NCBI GenBank assembly: GCA_030770535.1
Contig: JASVEC010000028.1
Coordinates: 434,001-498,000 of the forward strand
DNA length: 64,000 nt
Origin: Batkoa obscura
Lineage: Eukaryota
Direction: 5' to 3'
Position numbers and translations under genes: made by a program. Positions 38,788 through 52,500 of the stretch are shown here, piece by piece. The notes beneath the pieces were generated by a model. The model was not told the DNA's origin. It ran no database searches and saw nothing but the letters and a program-made list of their open reading frames with translations. Every line of letters starts with the position of its first letter. Position 1 is the stretch's first letter.

Positions 38788-39822
38788 TTAATAACAACTG
38801 TTAAAAGTGGGGCTACATTCAAATATTTATTAAATTATTAACTAAATTCAACATGTAGCAAGTTTGTATCGGTATTATTTATATATAGTTACGTCAATAT
38901 TTACGAAATTTTTGAATGTTAATTTTTCATCAAAATGTAATCCTTAAATTTATTAAAGTTAATGGCTCACACTTTTAACCCATTGATTTTGAAAGAAAAG
39001 TGCTTTAAGAAATACGGGTGAAAAATCAAAATCTAAAATCTCTGTTCCTTTTCACGATGAATTTCCTCTCTAAAATCCTTCTTTCAGTGGTGGATGTGAT
39101 TCCTGTCATCACTAATAAACATAAGTTGGCTAGTTTTTCTACAACACTCCTCTTGTAGCTTCCTTTTCACATTGTTTTAATATATGATACAATACAATTA
39201 TATCTTGAAATTTATAAATAGTATTTTATGAGAAATATTCAAATATAAATATAATAGATCTATAAATAAAAACATTTTAAAATAATAGTAGGTCATAAGC
39301 TTACGAAAGCTTGGCCATGAATAAAATTAATTTGAGTTTGACTTTTAAAATATTTTAAATTAATTTATCCCAATAGTGATTTCACTGTTAGAAAATTGAC
39401 TCTTTTTGGCATTATTTTACATCATAATTTTATTTTAGGTCATAATAAAAAGTGGGTTTACAAAATAATATTATTTAAACCTTATTAAGTCGCATGTTGT
39501 ATCCCTTAAATTTAAACCTGTTATTTCGCTGGCAAAAATTGAGCTAAAAATATAACTTCTCCACCTAATGAACCGATTTTCTCGCTATTTCAAACCTGAG
39601 GTATATATTTTGGATGATATCTTAAAAATCTGTACTGCTAAGCATCTAAAAGCATCCTCTTAATAAATCTTGCGTCCCCTTTTTCGAGTTGAACGGTATA
39701 ATTGAAGTATCGACTGTACTAATCATCATCATAAAAAAGGTATAAAAAGGATATAATTGGTTAATAAGATCTAAAGAATAGATCTAAGAATTCCAAATTT
39801 GAAACAAAATTAATTGAATGGC

Positions 39823-39836
39823 CAAGTATATAAAGG
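39823..39836 (+). promoter_or_regulatory. Extended TATA element CAAGTATATAAAGG
   Basis: About 40 bp upstream of the ATG at 39875; the identical 14-mer occurs at 57920-57933 upstream of the ATG at 58005. Confidence 0.55.
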
Positions 39837-39874
39837 AAGTAAAGTACATATTTTTAAAGTTACTTTAATCAAAA

Positions 39875-40372
39875 ATGAAATTTAACTTAATTCTCCTTGC
39901 CTCAATTAGTACCATCTTAGCTGCTAATATCGAAAGAAGGGACGATGCCAAGTCAACCGAAACTAGCAGCAGTGCCAAACCTCAACAAACTCCTGAAGAT
40001 TCAGAAGCTGCCAAATGTGTTAAAGAAAAGAAATGTAATGGAGATCTTAGTTGCTTAGCCAGCTGTAACAATGTTCCAAACCCAAGTGATACTCAAGCCC
40101 AAGGTACTACTGACTGTGTAGCCAAATGTGACAAAACCAATACTGAAGAATACGCTAGATGTAGACAAAAATGTATCGATGATATCTACTTAAAGCACCC
40201 AGATTCCAGCAAGAAACCTGATAGTAGTTCAAGTAGTTCTGCTGGTTCTAGCAGTACTACTGGTGCTGATGGCAAACAGACTGCTGTTAAAGGATCTAGT
40301 GCTTCCTCTCAAACTCCTGCCTTTTTCTTATCTTCAGGTCTTTTACTCTCATTAGCCTACTATAACCATTAA
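39875..40372 (+). CDS. Secreted, likely GPI-anchored 8-Cys cell-surface protein
   Basis: Signal peptide, dibasic RR site, 8-Cys domain, Ser/Thr-rich stalk, C-terminal hydrophobic tail. Confidence 0.88.
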   Translation: MKFNLILLASISTILAANIERRDDAKSTETSSSAKPQQTPEDSEAAKCVKEKKCNGDLSCLASCNNVPNPSDTQAQGTTDCVAKCDKTNTEEYARCRQKCIDDIYLKHPDSSKKPDSSSSSSAGSSSTTGADGKQTAVKGSSASSQTPAFFLSSGLLLSLAYYNH

Positions 40373-43329
40373 TTAATTTGTACCTAATTTTTGCATTTAA
40401 TGTATATCCTCTAATAAATATTAAATAATAATTATACCCAATATATGTACCTCATTATCTTCATTTATTACTTTTATGTTTAGATAAAGTGAATTAATCA
40501 AAGCTTAATCAGATTAACTATATCAAACATATTCATTAAAATAAACAAAAGACTAAAAGTGATTTTAAATGATATACTAATAAGTTTTAAAATGTATAGT
40601 TAAAGGATTTGATATATAATTGCTTAATGATATATGTTTGCTTCTTGGCATCGGTCTTCTAATACTTCATTTTGGTTATTGATCTTTAAGGGGAGATTAT
40701 TTAATGAATTTTGTGATAATTGCCTGCAAGTTCATTGATATATTATAAAACTTATCCTTGAAGTAAATTAATTAATGCTTAAAGCAGGTCTTTTGGAATT
40801 ATTTAAGAAATCATGCTTAAAGACATTTTTACTACTGATCTAATTTAACATAACCAAACTTTTTAATTTGTCATTGTTTTTATTTAAAAATTCACCAATA
40901 GTACCAAAGATTGCTATGGTCAGAATCTCAAAGTGAATCAAATAATAATTAAAAAATTTAGTTATGTTTAAATTGAATCAGTAATAAGACCAAAAATTTA
41001 CTTCAGAGTGCACCCATAAATATTTAATAAGCTCCGTAAATTAAGATAAGAAGGTAACATGATATTCTAAATAGATCAAAATAAAATTAAAATTCGATTT
41101 TGTGATCCAGTTGAATGTGATATTACAGAAGTATTTTGTAAATATGATGTCATATGACAACTTTAGCTATTTTCGTGTTTTTTAAACCTCTATTAGGCTA
41201 AAGGCAGCAGAAGATTTTGTGTAAAAAAGATAGAAAAAGAGGAAGACTAACTATAATAGAACGAAAAAATTATGAATTTCAAAAGGTCGTCCTGGAGATA
41301 AGTTTAAGATCTGAAAAATACTCAGTAATAGTCTTTTGGGGGTAATTGAGTGTCACCAATAGTGAATTAAAAGAGCCCAAACCTACTATTGTTAGGAAAA
41401 GGGTATTTAAAGGAAGAGTCATTAGTGTTTAATGAGCAAATTAAATTGAACTTGCTTAAGCAATGGCAGGATTAATAGCAGCTAATAATTTTCCAAAATC
41501 CCCACCTCTTTGTTATCTTTTTATGATTCTGTTGTATTAATAGTAATTACTAAGATTATTTTTTCAAATATACAAATAGAGTAAAAGTGCGATTAAATAA
41601 TATTTATGAGCTTATAATATAACATTAAAGATAGTTAATTCTACTGATGTATCCGTTTTGAAGCATTTTATTTATATAAACAAATTAAATTATAACTTCT
41701 CTTTTGAATCGTATAGTATAGTGCAAGAAAACTATATTAAATTTTAAATAAAGTATAGATTCTATAATTAATATTATTGCTTATAATAGTATTCTAAAGC
41801 GGACAGTGTTTCCGATTATAAATTATTTTTTCAAATGCTACAAAAATAATTTATTAAACATATTTGTAAATAAACATTTATAAACAATAAGTTAATAAAA
41901 AGCTTACTATTATCAATTTTTTTAATTTTTTACAAAAAAATTATCCTATTTTAAAACTGATAAATTAAATAATATTAATAAAGAATTACACTAACATAAG
42001 AGAATGTCTTTTTTAATTTCATTTTTTTATCCAATTTCATGCTACAAAAAAGCTAGACAATTTATTTGTAAATTTATGTAAAATAACATTCATTATAAAA
42101 AATATTTAAACATACATCTAAAAATCTTAACATCATAAATATCTTTGGCTAGACTTTACTTTGAAATAGTAGAGCTAAAGGTTTATAATTATATACTTAC
42201 ATAGCAAAATCTTAATTATAGTTCAACAACAATTTAATGATAATTATATAAAAGAATAACTTCAATAAAAAATGTTTAAAAACGTCTTCCTTTAGCATAT
42301 AGGAGCGTTTTTTGTATTAGGATTAACTAATAGTATTCTTTAAATTTTATATTACTTGAGTAATGAACGAACATATGAAACAAAAAGGACATTCCCAAAT
42401 ACCATAATAGCCAAAGAATAATCCCAAGGATGAAAATACAATAGTTTTATGTTAACGGAATGCTTGAATTAACTACAAATATTGCTATAATATTAAAATA
42501 GTCTATAATTACAATAGCTAATACAAGAATTAAAATGAGTCATTTTAAAAAAAAATAGCTGTAATTTATTACTCAAAAGGTGTGGGTTTTATCCTTTGAG
42601 GTTATATTTTACGCTGAGGGGAAGCTTATTCTAAAACATAATGTACCATTACAACTAAATATCAGCTTTGAAACATAGCCTAGGCCGGATTAGCTAATAA
42701 TGTATATGATGGATTAAGTTTTAAAACAATAACGCATGAGAATGGATTATTTATTTGCATTGTAATAATGACTAAAATTTAATATTAATGATACATTTAA
42801 TTTAAAAGGGTTGAACTAAATGTTAATCTAAGTTTGATAGATTTATTTTAAAGAACAGATATATTTCCATTGTATAAGTTCGGATAAATTTAGTGTCTTT
42901 AAGCCATTTTTTAGCGGGAACGTACCTGAGGCATTGTAGTACTATTTATATTAAATTAAGCTGTTATTTTACAGCTTACTAAATAGTTTATTGATAAATT
43001 GGGATATTAAAAAATCGATAGTGAAACTAGTATACAACTTGCGTAATTATAAGCTTTTTTGTATGTGGGGTATACAAATATATATCAATATGGGATAATA
43101 TAATGAGTAGGATAATACCGTATTAAAGAATTATATTATGTAATTAAATAGCCCAGAAATAGATATTTTATTAACAATAAATACAACTTAAAAATGAGAA
43201 CTGGAGCAGAAGGAAATAGTACAGGACGAATATAAATCATATAATTTAACTACCACTATAATTAATCCTCTTATTATACTTTTAGAATAGTAGCTACATA
43301 TCATAATAGTCGTCATTAATTAACGTAGG

Positions 43330-44115
43330 TTATTTTTGACTTAATTCATTTTGAGGTGGTGGATTCGCTAGCCCTTGAATGTTATTTTGGTATACTGGAC
43401 AATATTGATGATGATTAAGTAGAGAAGTGAGTTCTTGAATTTGTTGATTTAAACTATCACGGGTAATCTCTAATTGTCGATTTTGTTGCTGAAGTAACTG
43501 GAACTTTAACATCATTGTTTCTTGATTCTTTTTCTTTCGAAGGCGACATTTGAGTGCAGCTAAAACCATAAGTACATATTTTTTAAACAAACCCCAATAT
43601 AAACCTACCTTGTCTATTACGTTCCAAAAACAATATCTTTTTCTCATCCAAGTTGTCAATAGGCTTACGTTTTCTTCCACCTCCACCTTTACGAGTACCA
43701 GTTTGTAAGAATGGAAACTGATTAGCTACGAATCTGGATTGCAACCCAGTTTGATCTGAACTTGGTTGCATGTATTGAGTGGAGTTATAAGGTACTCCTA
43801 CTAAACTACTATTCTGTTGAGGTGGAGCCATATTAACCATTTGTTGTTGATGATTAAACGTAACTTGTCTAAACCTATCATTAATATCCGACTGAGAGTA
43901 TGCCCCTTGTGTATTCATACTAGGGGGAACTTGATTGTGCATCATATAATTATTATCTACTTGGAGGGGAAATGTACTATATTGAGGTCCACTGTGATAT
44001 TGGTAATGAGCTAATTGACTAGATTGATTATAATTATCTACAATAAGTTAAAAAATGAGTCTTGATTTTATAGTATCCATTTACCTAATGGTAACTTTTG
44101 GGAAGAAGTAAGCAT
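43330..44115 (-). CDS. ATF/CREB-family bZIP transcription factor
   Basis: Splicing the two listed ORFs gives EKKILFLERNRQAALKCRLRKK plus a leucine zipper; short first exon MLTSSQKLPL with intron 44038-44084. Confidence 0.9.
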
Positions 44116-46889
44116 TATTGTTATTCTATTGATTTATAAAAGCACTGCTTATTTTTCCTAAAATAAAAAATTAGAATACTATTCGATATTCTCTTTTATA
44201 GCGCTCTTTCATTGGGTATACGAAATAATGATAAGCCAACTATTCCTTAATTAGGAGTATAAACAGGAATAATAAGACAGGTTTTTATCATTCTGCATCT
44301 TTTGAGAATTAATAAATTACCTTAATGTATTATTTTATTTTTTGGTTAAAATATTTTCAAATCTAAATTGATTTTTTTTCTTCTTTCCACTATTTATATC
44401 TTTTATCAAAACGTTCTCTTATTTAATTTTAATACTTTATTTTGACTTAAGCTGCTTATAAATATGCATAGTCTGTGAATATGAAATCATAACTATGAAA
44501 TCATAGATCTTCTACCCATACTCGTCTTGGCTCGATTTCATTTGTTGCTAACTATATCATACTTTAATCCAAACAGCTGTTTTAGTTTTAGGTCAATAAT
44601 GATTGGTTAATGATGAAATCATATTGCAACTCGTTTAATTAATTAGCTTTTATTTAGAAATGAAAAGGTATAAATTATAGTATTTTTGGATAATAAAATT
44701 GATTATGAATCATAGTAGTAGCTTTCGAGATCAAGTTTCCGAATTGAAACCAAATTCGATCATATCGATAAAGTATGAAATAATTTCCTTAATTTCAACT
44801 AATTAGAAGGGACCAGCTTATTTTTCATTTGTTAAAATAGTAATGATGATTTGTTTTTTTTAAAGCCAACTTCCGATTTTATAATTAAAGTTTTTAATTC
44901 AAATAATTTATGTTGCCTAAAACATTTAAACAATTAAATGTATGATATTACATGAAATTATATCATCATAATATATCTACTCGTATATTATTATTCTTAC
45001 CAAAGGACGTTTAATTGTATAATCCTAATAATTATGCAAATAAGTCAGAATAAATTTATGTGAGTTACTGGGGTCGAGATCATATGAAAGTTATTGTCAC
45101 CTCACCTTTAACTGTCATCTTGCGCTATAAATAACAGTAAATATACTTAAAAAAATTAATAAAACGAGGATGAATCCATTTTTAACATTTTTTAGCGTAT
45201 ACTTGGAGATAGCTAATACTTTCTATCCAATAAAATAATATCTTTTTATTAGAGGATTTTGAAAATATACTTATCAAAATATAATTAATTTAAGAGTCCT
45301 TACCACTTATTTGTTTAATGCAAGGTATTTATTATATAACATTTAATAAAAAAATTGACCCAACATAGCTATTGCATTAACAATACAAGAATTTGTTCAT
45401 TTTAAGAATTAAACATAAGAATTAAACATAAGAATTTAAGTTCAATACATATTAAGTTACGAATATCAATTCATTTTTTCATATGAATTTTTTTTATATA
45501 GAAATAAATTTGAATAAATGTTCAATTCTCTTAGATTTTTAGAGATCATTATAAGAATTTTTGGTATTTTACAAAAGGTAGCATTATTATCCAAAGTTTA
45601 GTAATAGTATAAATATAACTTTACTATCAAGCCTAATTTTAATTTAAAGTCATCAGTGCCACCAATGCTTTAACCTTACAACTTATAGCGACCCTTGAAA
45701 AGAACCCCAATTTAATTGTTCTAATCGACTTAATTTAGTTTCGTACTAATAAAAAAAATAGTAGTTGTAAAAGTAGTAGAACCAACTGTACTTGTGATTT
45801 CAAAAATAACTATTATTTTTAGGTAAGTTTTTAGAATCATTATTATTAAGGTAAACAAATTACTAAATCTTTATTTTTTTAAAATGTTTTATAAATAGCT
45901 CAAACTATATTGACTTTTGTTATAAATTCAAGTAACGTAAATATTGTTTACAATTAGTTTGGTATAATTTTAGCTAGTATCCATTATTAAGGTAATCTTT
46001 TTAAATGAAAATGTTAATTATAAACTTCATAGTTTAAAGTGATTTTATAAAGCACCGTTTTTTATTAACATTGCTTATGTTAAAAGATTAGAAAGCTATT
46101 GTTATTAAAGGATACTGTCTAAACATCTAACAAAAGTAATAATTTACAAATTTTACACCTTTTTCATAAAGAAATGAGGCTGTAAAGAGATCCTTTATAT
46201 CAATCTTTATATTAAAATTCAATCCTTCTCAAGTGTTAACAGTTATGATGCTTTATATACAACTTATTTTTCTACTTTATGCAAACGGTAATGATATTTT
46301 ATTACCACATTGTTTACAAATTAATGCTTAACTTTATGATCAAATGCTATGCAAAATTTCCGTTATTTAAATTCCCCATTAAAATGATTTAATTTTTCTG
46401 TTTCAATTTTGAAATGTTATTTATAGCTAATTAACTTAAAGCTTAGCATTAAGATCATTTTTCACAGAAGTAAGTTTCTGTTATTGAATTTCAATCAATG
46501 TATCATTGTATTTGCTTATGTGTTATGTTAATTGTTTATTTTTTATTTTAAAAAAATACTAATATTTTAAATTTTGTATAGAATCTCATTTAGTCAACAA
46601 TAACTTACAAAGTTTTTACATGAATTTTTGGCTATTTATTGTATTTAATGTTTTTAAACATTGATTTGTTTTACTTTTAAATTTTAACTTTAATAACAGA
46701 AAAGGATACAAACATTCCTTTCATTTCTTTCATTACCACAAGCCTTCACCAAAACTATAAGTCTTAGGATCATTCACTCCACATATACCAAACTTTCAGC
46801 TAATCACTAGATAACCTCATCTAAAGCAGTCGCTTCCTTTTTTCATGTTTAGGTAGCTTTATAAAAAGTTCAATTTCAAGCTATAATAT

Positions 46890-46987
46890 GGGATGTTTTT
46901 TTTGGTTTTATCACTTTTTCCATTTTTTAAGTGCTATTTGAGCGGAAAATTTGTTAGTAAAATTCTTAAACAAAAAAATACATTCCC
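46890..46987 (-). mobile_element. MITE family A
   Basis: ATAT-GGGATGTTTTTTTTGG...AATACATTCCC-ATAT. Confidence 0.9.
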
Positions 46988-47291
46988 ATATAGTATATAA
47001 AACTTTAAATTTCAACTTTATTTTAATTTCTAAAATAAATTTGATTCCTCCTAGAAGCTTTCATCCATTTGATAGCTATTTCTTTATAAACTTTGTCTGG
47101 ATAAGAATCGCAAAAGGAGAGAAATCATTGCTTTGTAGTTGGTCAATCCTATTATTTAAATATTTTATTTGCTAATAAATTTCCACTTGAAAACTATCTC
47201 TTTTAAGTGTTAAAAAAAGATTCTAATTTAATTGATAAACTCAAAAAAATTCAATTTAAATTATCATAATTTAATATATTTAAACAAACAT

Positions 47292-48606
47292 TTATAACCT
47301 TCTCATAAAATTAGAAACCATAGTATCTTCTGTAGTAGCTATTGATTGAGAGGCTTCTGGATTAGGAATTGCTATACAAGTATCGGAAGAATGTTCATCA
47401 CGATCAAATTCAACTGTATATAGAAATTAATAAAATTAATAAAACTAATAATAACAACAATAAGAATTAATTACTATTTTCTTCGATTCTTCTACTAGTC
47501 AAATATTTATATTTCAATCTTAAATAAATTTTTTTAATTGCTGAATAGACTGTTGGATCACAACAAAAAGCCAAAAAATTTAATGTACCAGCAAAGGGTA
47601 ATACCAACAAAGACCATTGATCTAGAGCTTCATTTTCTTGACTATTAAGATCATAATAAAATTGAGAAATAATACCAGGGAATTGAGTAACTACCATAAC
47701 TAAAGGGTATAATAAACTAAATAAAAATTATCAATAATTAAAGATGAAATTTAAATAAAGAATTACATTCTGTATGCTAAAATTCTCACACTATTTTCTG
47801 CCTTTTTAGATGTTTTTGTATTACGAAAATATTTGTGTTTCTTTATCAAAGCAGCACCTTGATTCAATTTGAATACAACAATAATTACAATAATTATTAA
47901 ATAAAGCATACATAAAAAGCGCCAAATTTGATTTGCATAAAAATCTAACATTTTACCATAATATAATCCATATTCACTATCTGCAATATAACATCCATAA
48001 TATTCACTATAACCTAATAAACCTAAGGCTATTCTATAGTTACTAAGAACATTTTGAAAAAAATAATTCAAGTTAATTTACCTAATGGTGGAATAGAAAT
48101 TAATAATGCAAGGATTAATGGAAGTAACCAATAACAAGCTTCCAATCTGGTAGTAATTATTTGATTGTTAAGAAAGATTAATTGAAGATTAACAGCAATC
48201 GATACATTTAAGAAAGCATAAAATAAATTAAAAAATAAAGCTAAATAACCGCGAGAAGTACAAGCAACACCTGGTACTGCTGGTGATATTGATTTCCAAT
48301 AAGCTCCCCCATGTAACCATACATCATAAACAGATAAACCAGTTTGTAATCTTAAAGATACTCGATCAACTAATCGGAAGTCATATATTGCTATAAAGAT
48401 AGAAATTAGTGCTACTTTATATCATAGGTTAGTAGTAATTGGTAAGTAGTATTGAGTCAATAATATAGAATGTTTAGAAAATAAAAAGAATTACATATGA
48501 TTATCATAAATAAAATGACTAAAAGGGCTAATCCAAGTGAAATTCTAGATACGATAGGGTAATAACTAGTAACTAAAAACATAGCAAATGTGGATGGTTG
48601 ATTCAT
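47292..48606 (-). CDS. 7-TM GPCR-like protein (cAMP-receptor/Git3-like), paralogue G1
   Basis: Five exons; LVDRVSLRLQTGLS, IAVNLQLIF, YWLLP, LYPLVM, GTLNFLAFCCDP; ends SNFMRRL*. Confidence 0.85.
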
Positions 48607-48924
48607 TTTAGTTATTAGTGAATTTCAATTAACTTTTGAAATTTTGAAATAATTTTGGTTGATTATGTTTATACAGTAATAAAAGATAGAAATAAAAGAA
48701 AATGATAACTATTTTTTTATTATGCTTAATTATTATCAAAGATGCATTAGATAGTCTTATTAATTTTATAGATATATAATTAATATAGAACGATTATTAT
48801 ATTTAATATATTTGTTCTTTACTGGGATTTTTATTTCATTGAATTATTATTTTATTTCCTATATATTACTTTTGTTCTTTCGGTTAAAATTGCTCATTCA
48901 ATCATAATTTAGATTCAGACATAT

Positions 48925-49019
48925 GGGGATGTATTTTTTTAAGAATTTTACTAACAAATTTTCCGCTCAAATAGCGCTTAAAAAATGGAAAAAATAATGA
49001 AACCCAAAAAAACATCCTC
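48925..49019 (+). mobile_element. MITE family A
   Basis: ATAT-GGGGATGTATTTTTTT...AAACATCCTC-ATAT. Confidence 0.9.
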
Positions 49020-49266
49020 ATATAACCAATTTATAAATTTAAAAAAGGAATAGTATGTAAATAGTAAAGTCATTATTATAACTTATAATATATAACCAAA
49101 TTTCTATAGTTTAATAAAAGAGTAATGATATAATATCAATTATTATATTAATTACAGTTACCCTGAATTTATATTATAGTTTACACAAAATTGAGTACTA
49201 TATTTTAAAAGAATAAGTCCTCTTTTATTTCCGTGTATTTAAAAGATGAAATATTCATTAATATAT

Positions 49267-49362
49267 GGGGGTGTTTTTTTGGCTTCATTATTTTTTCCAT
49301 TTTTAAGCGCTATTTGGGTGGAAAGATTGTTAGTAAATTCTTAAACAAAAAAATACATCCCC
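49267..49362 (-). mobile_element. MITE family A
   Basis: ATAT-GGGGGTGTTTTTTTGG...AATACATCCCC-ATAT. Confidence 0.9.
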
Positions 49363-49851
49363 ATATCATTTAAAAAATGTTATAGATAAATAAAATTTAA
49401 TAATTAGATTTGAATTAGAATCTCTAAATGATATTACTAAGAAGAGTCTTACTTTTATTAAATATGATATTTTTGAAAGTTTTATAAAATTATACCTTAG
49501 TCGTATAAGAATAAAAAAAGATATATTAATAAATGTAGTTACCAAAGCATTTATGGAACATTTGCATTAATATCATTATATCATTCTACATAAACTCGAA
49601 ATTTTAAAGTAAAAACAAAAACTCAAATAAAAACATTGATAAAAATGAAGGAAAAAGCGAATTCAATAAAGAATAAAAACAAGTAATAATAAAAACAATT
49701 ATTAATTTAGGTTTATTTTATTATCATTTACAATTTGTATAATAATAACAATATTGACAATAATGATTTTAAATATACTAAAGAATAGGAAATGTATATA
49801 AACTTGTGATGAGAAATTTAAAACTTTGCTTTTTAGTAAATTAATATTAAA

Positions 49852-51021
49852 ATGAGTGAATTAAGTCCAACATACATATATTTAAGTTCTATTTATTATC
49901 CAAATGTTTCGATAGTATCTGGAATAATGGCTTTAATAGTTGTATTATTTATGATAATAATATGTAAGTAGAAACTGTGCTATCATATTTTAATCTTTTA
50001 CTAACTCCTATTAGCAATATATGACTTCCGATTAGTTGATCGAGTATCTTTAAGATTACAAACTGGTTTATCTATTTATGATGTATGGTTACATGGGGGA
50101 GCATTATGGCGATCGATATCACCAGCAGCACCAGGTGTTGCTTGTACTTCTCGCGGTTATTTAGCTTTATTTTTTAATATACTTTATGCTTTTTTAAATG
50201 TATCTATTGCATTAAACCTTCAATTAATATTTATTCATAAAAAAACAGTTACAAGATGGATGGAAGTTGGTTATTGGGTTGTACCTATTACTCTTTCTTT
50301 GTTAATTTCAATACCCCCTTTAGGTAAATTATTAGTTTGTTTTTATTTATAGTTGTACTAATAATAGTATAGCTATGGGTTTACTAGGTTATAGTAAATA
50401 TTATGGATGTTATATTGCAGATAGTGAATATGGATTATATTATGGTAAAATGTTAGATTTTTATGCAAATCAAATTTGGCGCTTTTTATGTTTGATTTAT
50501 TTAATTATTGGAGTTACTATGGTATTTATTAAATTAAGAAAAAGCTTGAATTTTTTTAAAAATAATTTAAATATGGAGTCAGCTAATTCTACTCAATGTA
50601 TTAATACAATTAAATTATTAGGTTATAGAATGTAAGTTAACTTATTGTTATTGCTATTATTAATCAATTAATTAATGTATAATTTAGTTTATTATATCCA
50701 TCAATTATGATATTTTGTCAATTTCCTGTAATAATTTCTCAATTTTATTATGACCTTATGGACGGTGAAAGTATAGCTTTAGATCAATGGTCTTTAATCG
50801 TATTACCTTTTGCTGGTATATTAAATTTTCTTGCTTTTTGTATCGATCCAACAATACAATCTGCAATCAAAATCATTTATTTTAGGATTAAAAAGAGAAA
50901 CTCAACTTTAAATGAACAAACGGATAATGGAAATAACGATAATTCTATTAAGTTAGATACTTTGGACCAGGTGGATGATATTAATCAACATATTACTAAT
51001 AATTTTATTAAATCTCTATAA
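49852..51021 (+). CDS. 7-TM GPCR-like protein, paralogue G2
   Basis: Four exons sharing the first three intron positions with G1; same motifs; ends NNFIKSL*. Confidence 0.85.
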
Positions 51022-51859
51022 CAAATAAATATACTTGTACTTATGCATATTCACGCAAATTTAGTAAAAATTTATAAAATAAAGTAAAATTTAAATTGTT
51101 TATATTATTTTTATATTTTATTATTATTATATTTGCATATATTTCAATGGAGTTTATAGTAATATATCCTTTATAAGCGGTTACAACTGATTGCTTTGTT
51201 TACCGACAAAACAGTAGTCCTGGCCTTAACCCTCCCTAACATCAACGTTAACCAATACGAGTCAGTCAATCTCACTAATGAAACACACATAACCGAAAGT
51301 CATATTTATTTATAGCATTTGTAAAGCAATTTATTAGTTTTATAATACTTCAAATAATCGAAATAGAAAACAATTTGATAGGAGTATTTTTATTTTTTTA
51401 TATCCAACTTATAATAATATCACGGTATACTTTTATACTATACTTTAAAAAAACTTTATGCAAGGTTTTTTCAGTAACAAATGTGTCAAAGTTTGATTAA
51501 TTCACTAAAAACATCTCTAAGCATACACAGAAGATTAAAGGATTCAGTGATTTGAGAATTAATTGCGTATAAATCTTGACGAAAGTAGCACTAACCAAGT
51601 AAACCCTAAAGCTGTACAACTGGGATCCTGATTCTATAGTAGTCCCAGAAACTGCTCAAATGTTTTGTCAATTCATACTTAATACTTATTTACTAACTTA
51701 ATAAATAATCAATCATAATAAAATTTTGTGTACTTGTAGAATCTTGACTGGTTTGTCAAATGATATAACTTATAATATCATTGGTCATCTGACTGCAAAG
51801 TAGTTAAATTTGAGTGGAACACCAACATTCAAATAGTTTCTGGTAAAGTTTCCTGATAC

Positions 51860-52500
51860 CATATGGGGCCACCTTTTACTTTGTAAGCTGTTCTTACTTG
51901 TATTGGAATTGTCTTTATATGTTTGTGACATGTTTCTACTATAAATGTATTCCATTCATGATTGTATCTTTTCCATAATTCTTACATATTTGTTGCTTTT
52001 TTCTCATAACGGGAAATTTTTAGTCTTAGCTCATGCCATAGGTGCTCAATTGGGTTTAAACCAAGAGATTAAGCTGGCTATATTAACGCTTTAATCCCTT
52101 TGTCTTTGAACTATAATCTGGCAAGCTTGAAAGTATATCTAAGGCCATTATTCTGCTAAAAAATGAAGTTTTCAACCTCCATACCCCAGTATTCAGTAGT
52201 GCCTTTGAATACCATGTCAAGTATCCTATAATATAAGTTAGGATCCATTTTATCCTATATTTGGTATTTATAACCAACGGCTTCCTACAACATGTAACTT
52301 CATATCATGAGAGGTCCTCTTTCGTGTTTGACAGTTAAATCAATATGGTGATATGTAAGAGGGTTATTAAGGCATTTAAGGTAATGGTTCACAATATCTG
52401 ATCTTTAAATGTTTATTTTTATTTCACTAGTCTATATAACTTGTTTCAAATCCTTAATAGTCCATAACAAGTAATTTTTTGCCTATTTATAGTATTTTAT
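51860..52500 (-). pseudogene. Degenerate Tc1/mariner transposase
   Basis: VI*TSEIKIN...TVKHERGPLMI*...FIF*QNN...I*PA*SLGLNPIEHLW versus Tc1 consensus IWSDE / TVKHGGG / FQQDN / WPAQSPDLNPIEHLW. Confidence 0.85.

Noticed and set aside
40620..41500. Coding-like patches (also 18000-18400 and 28380-28890)
   Set aside because: Stops in all frames tried and no recognisable motif or splice model.
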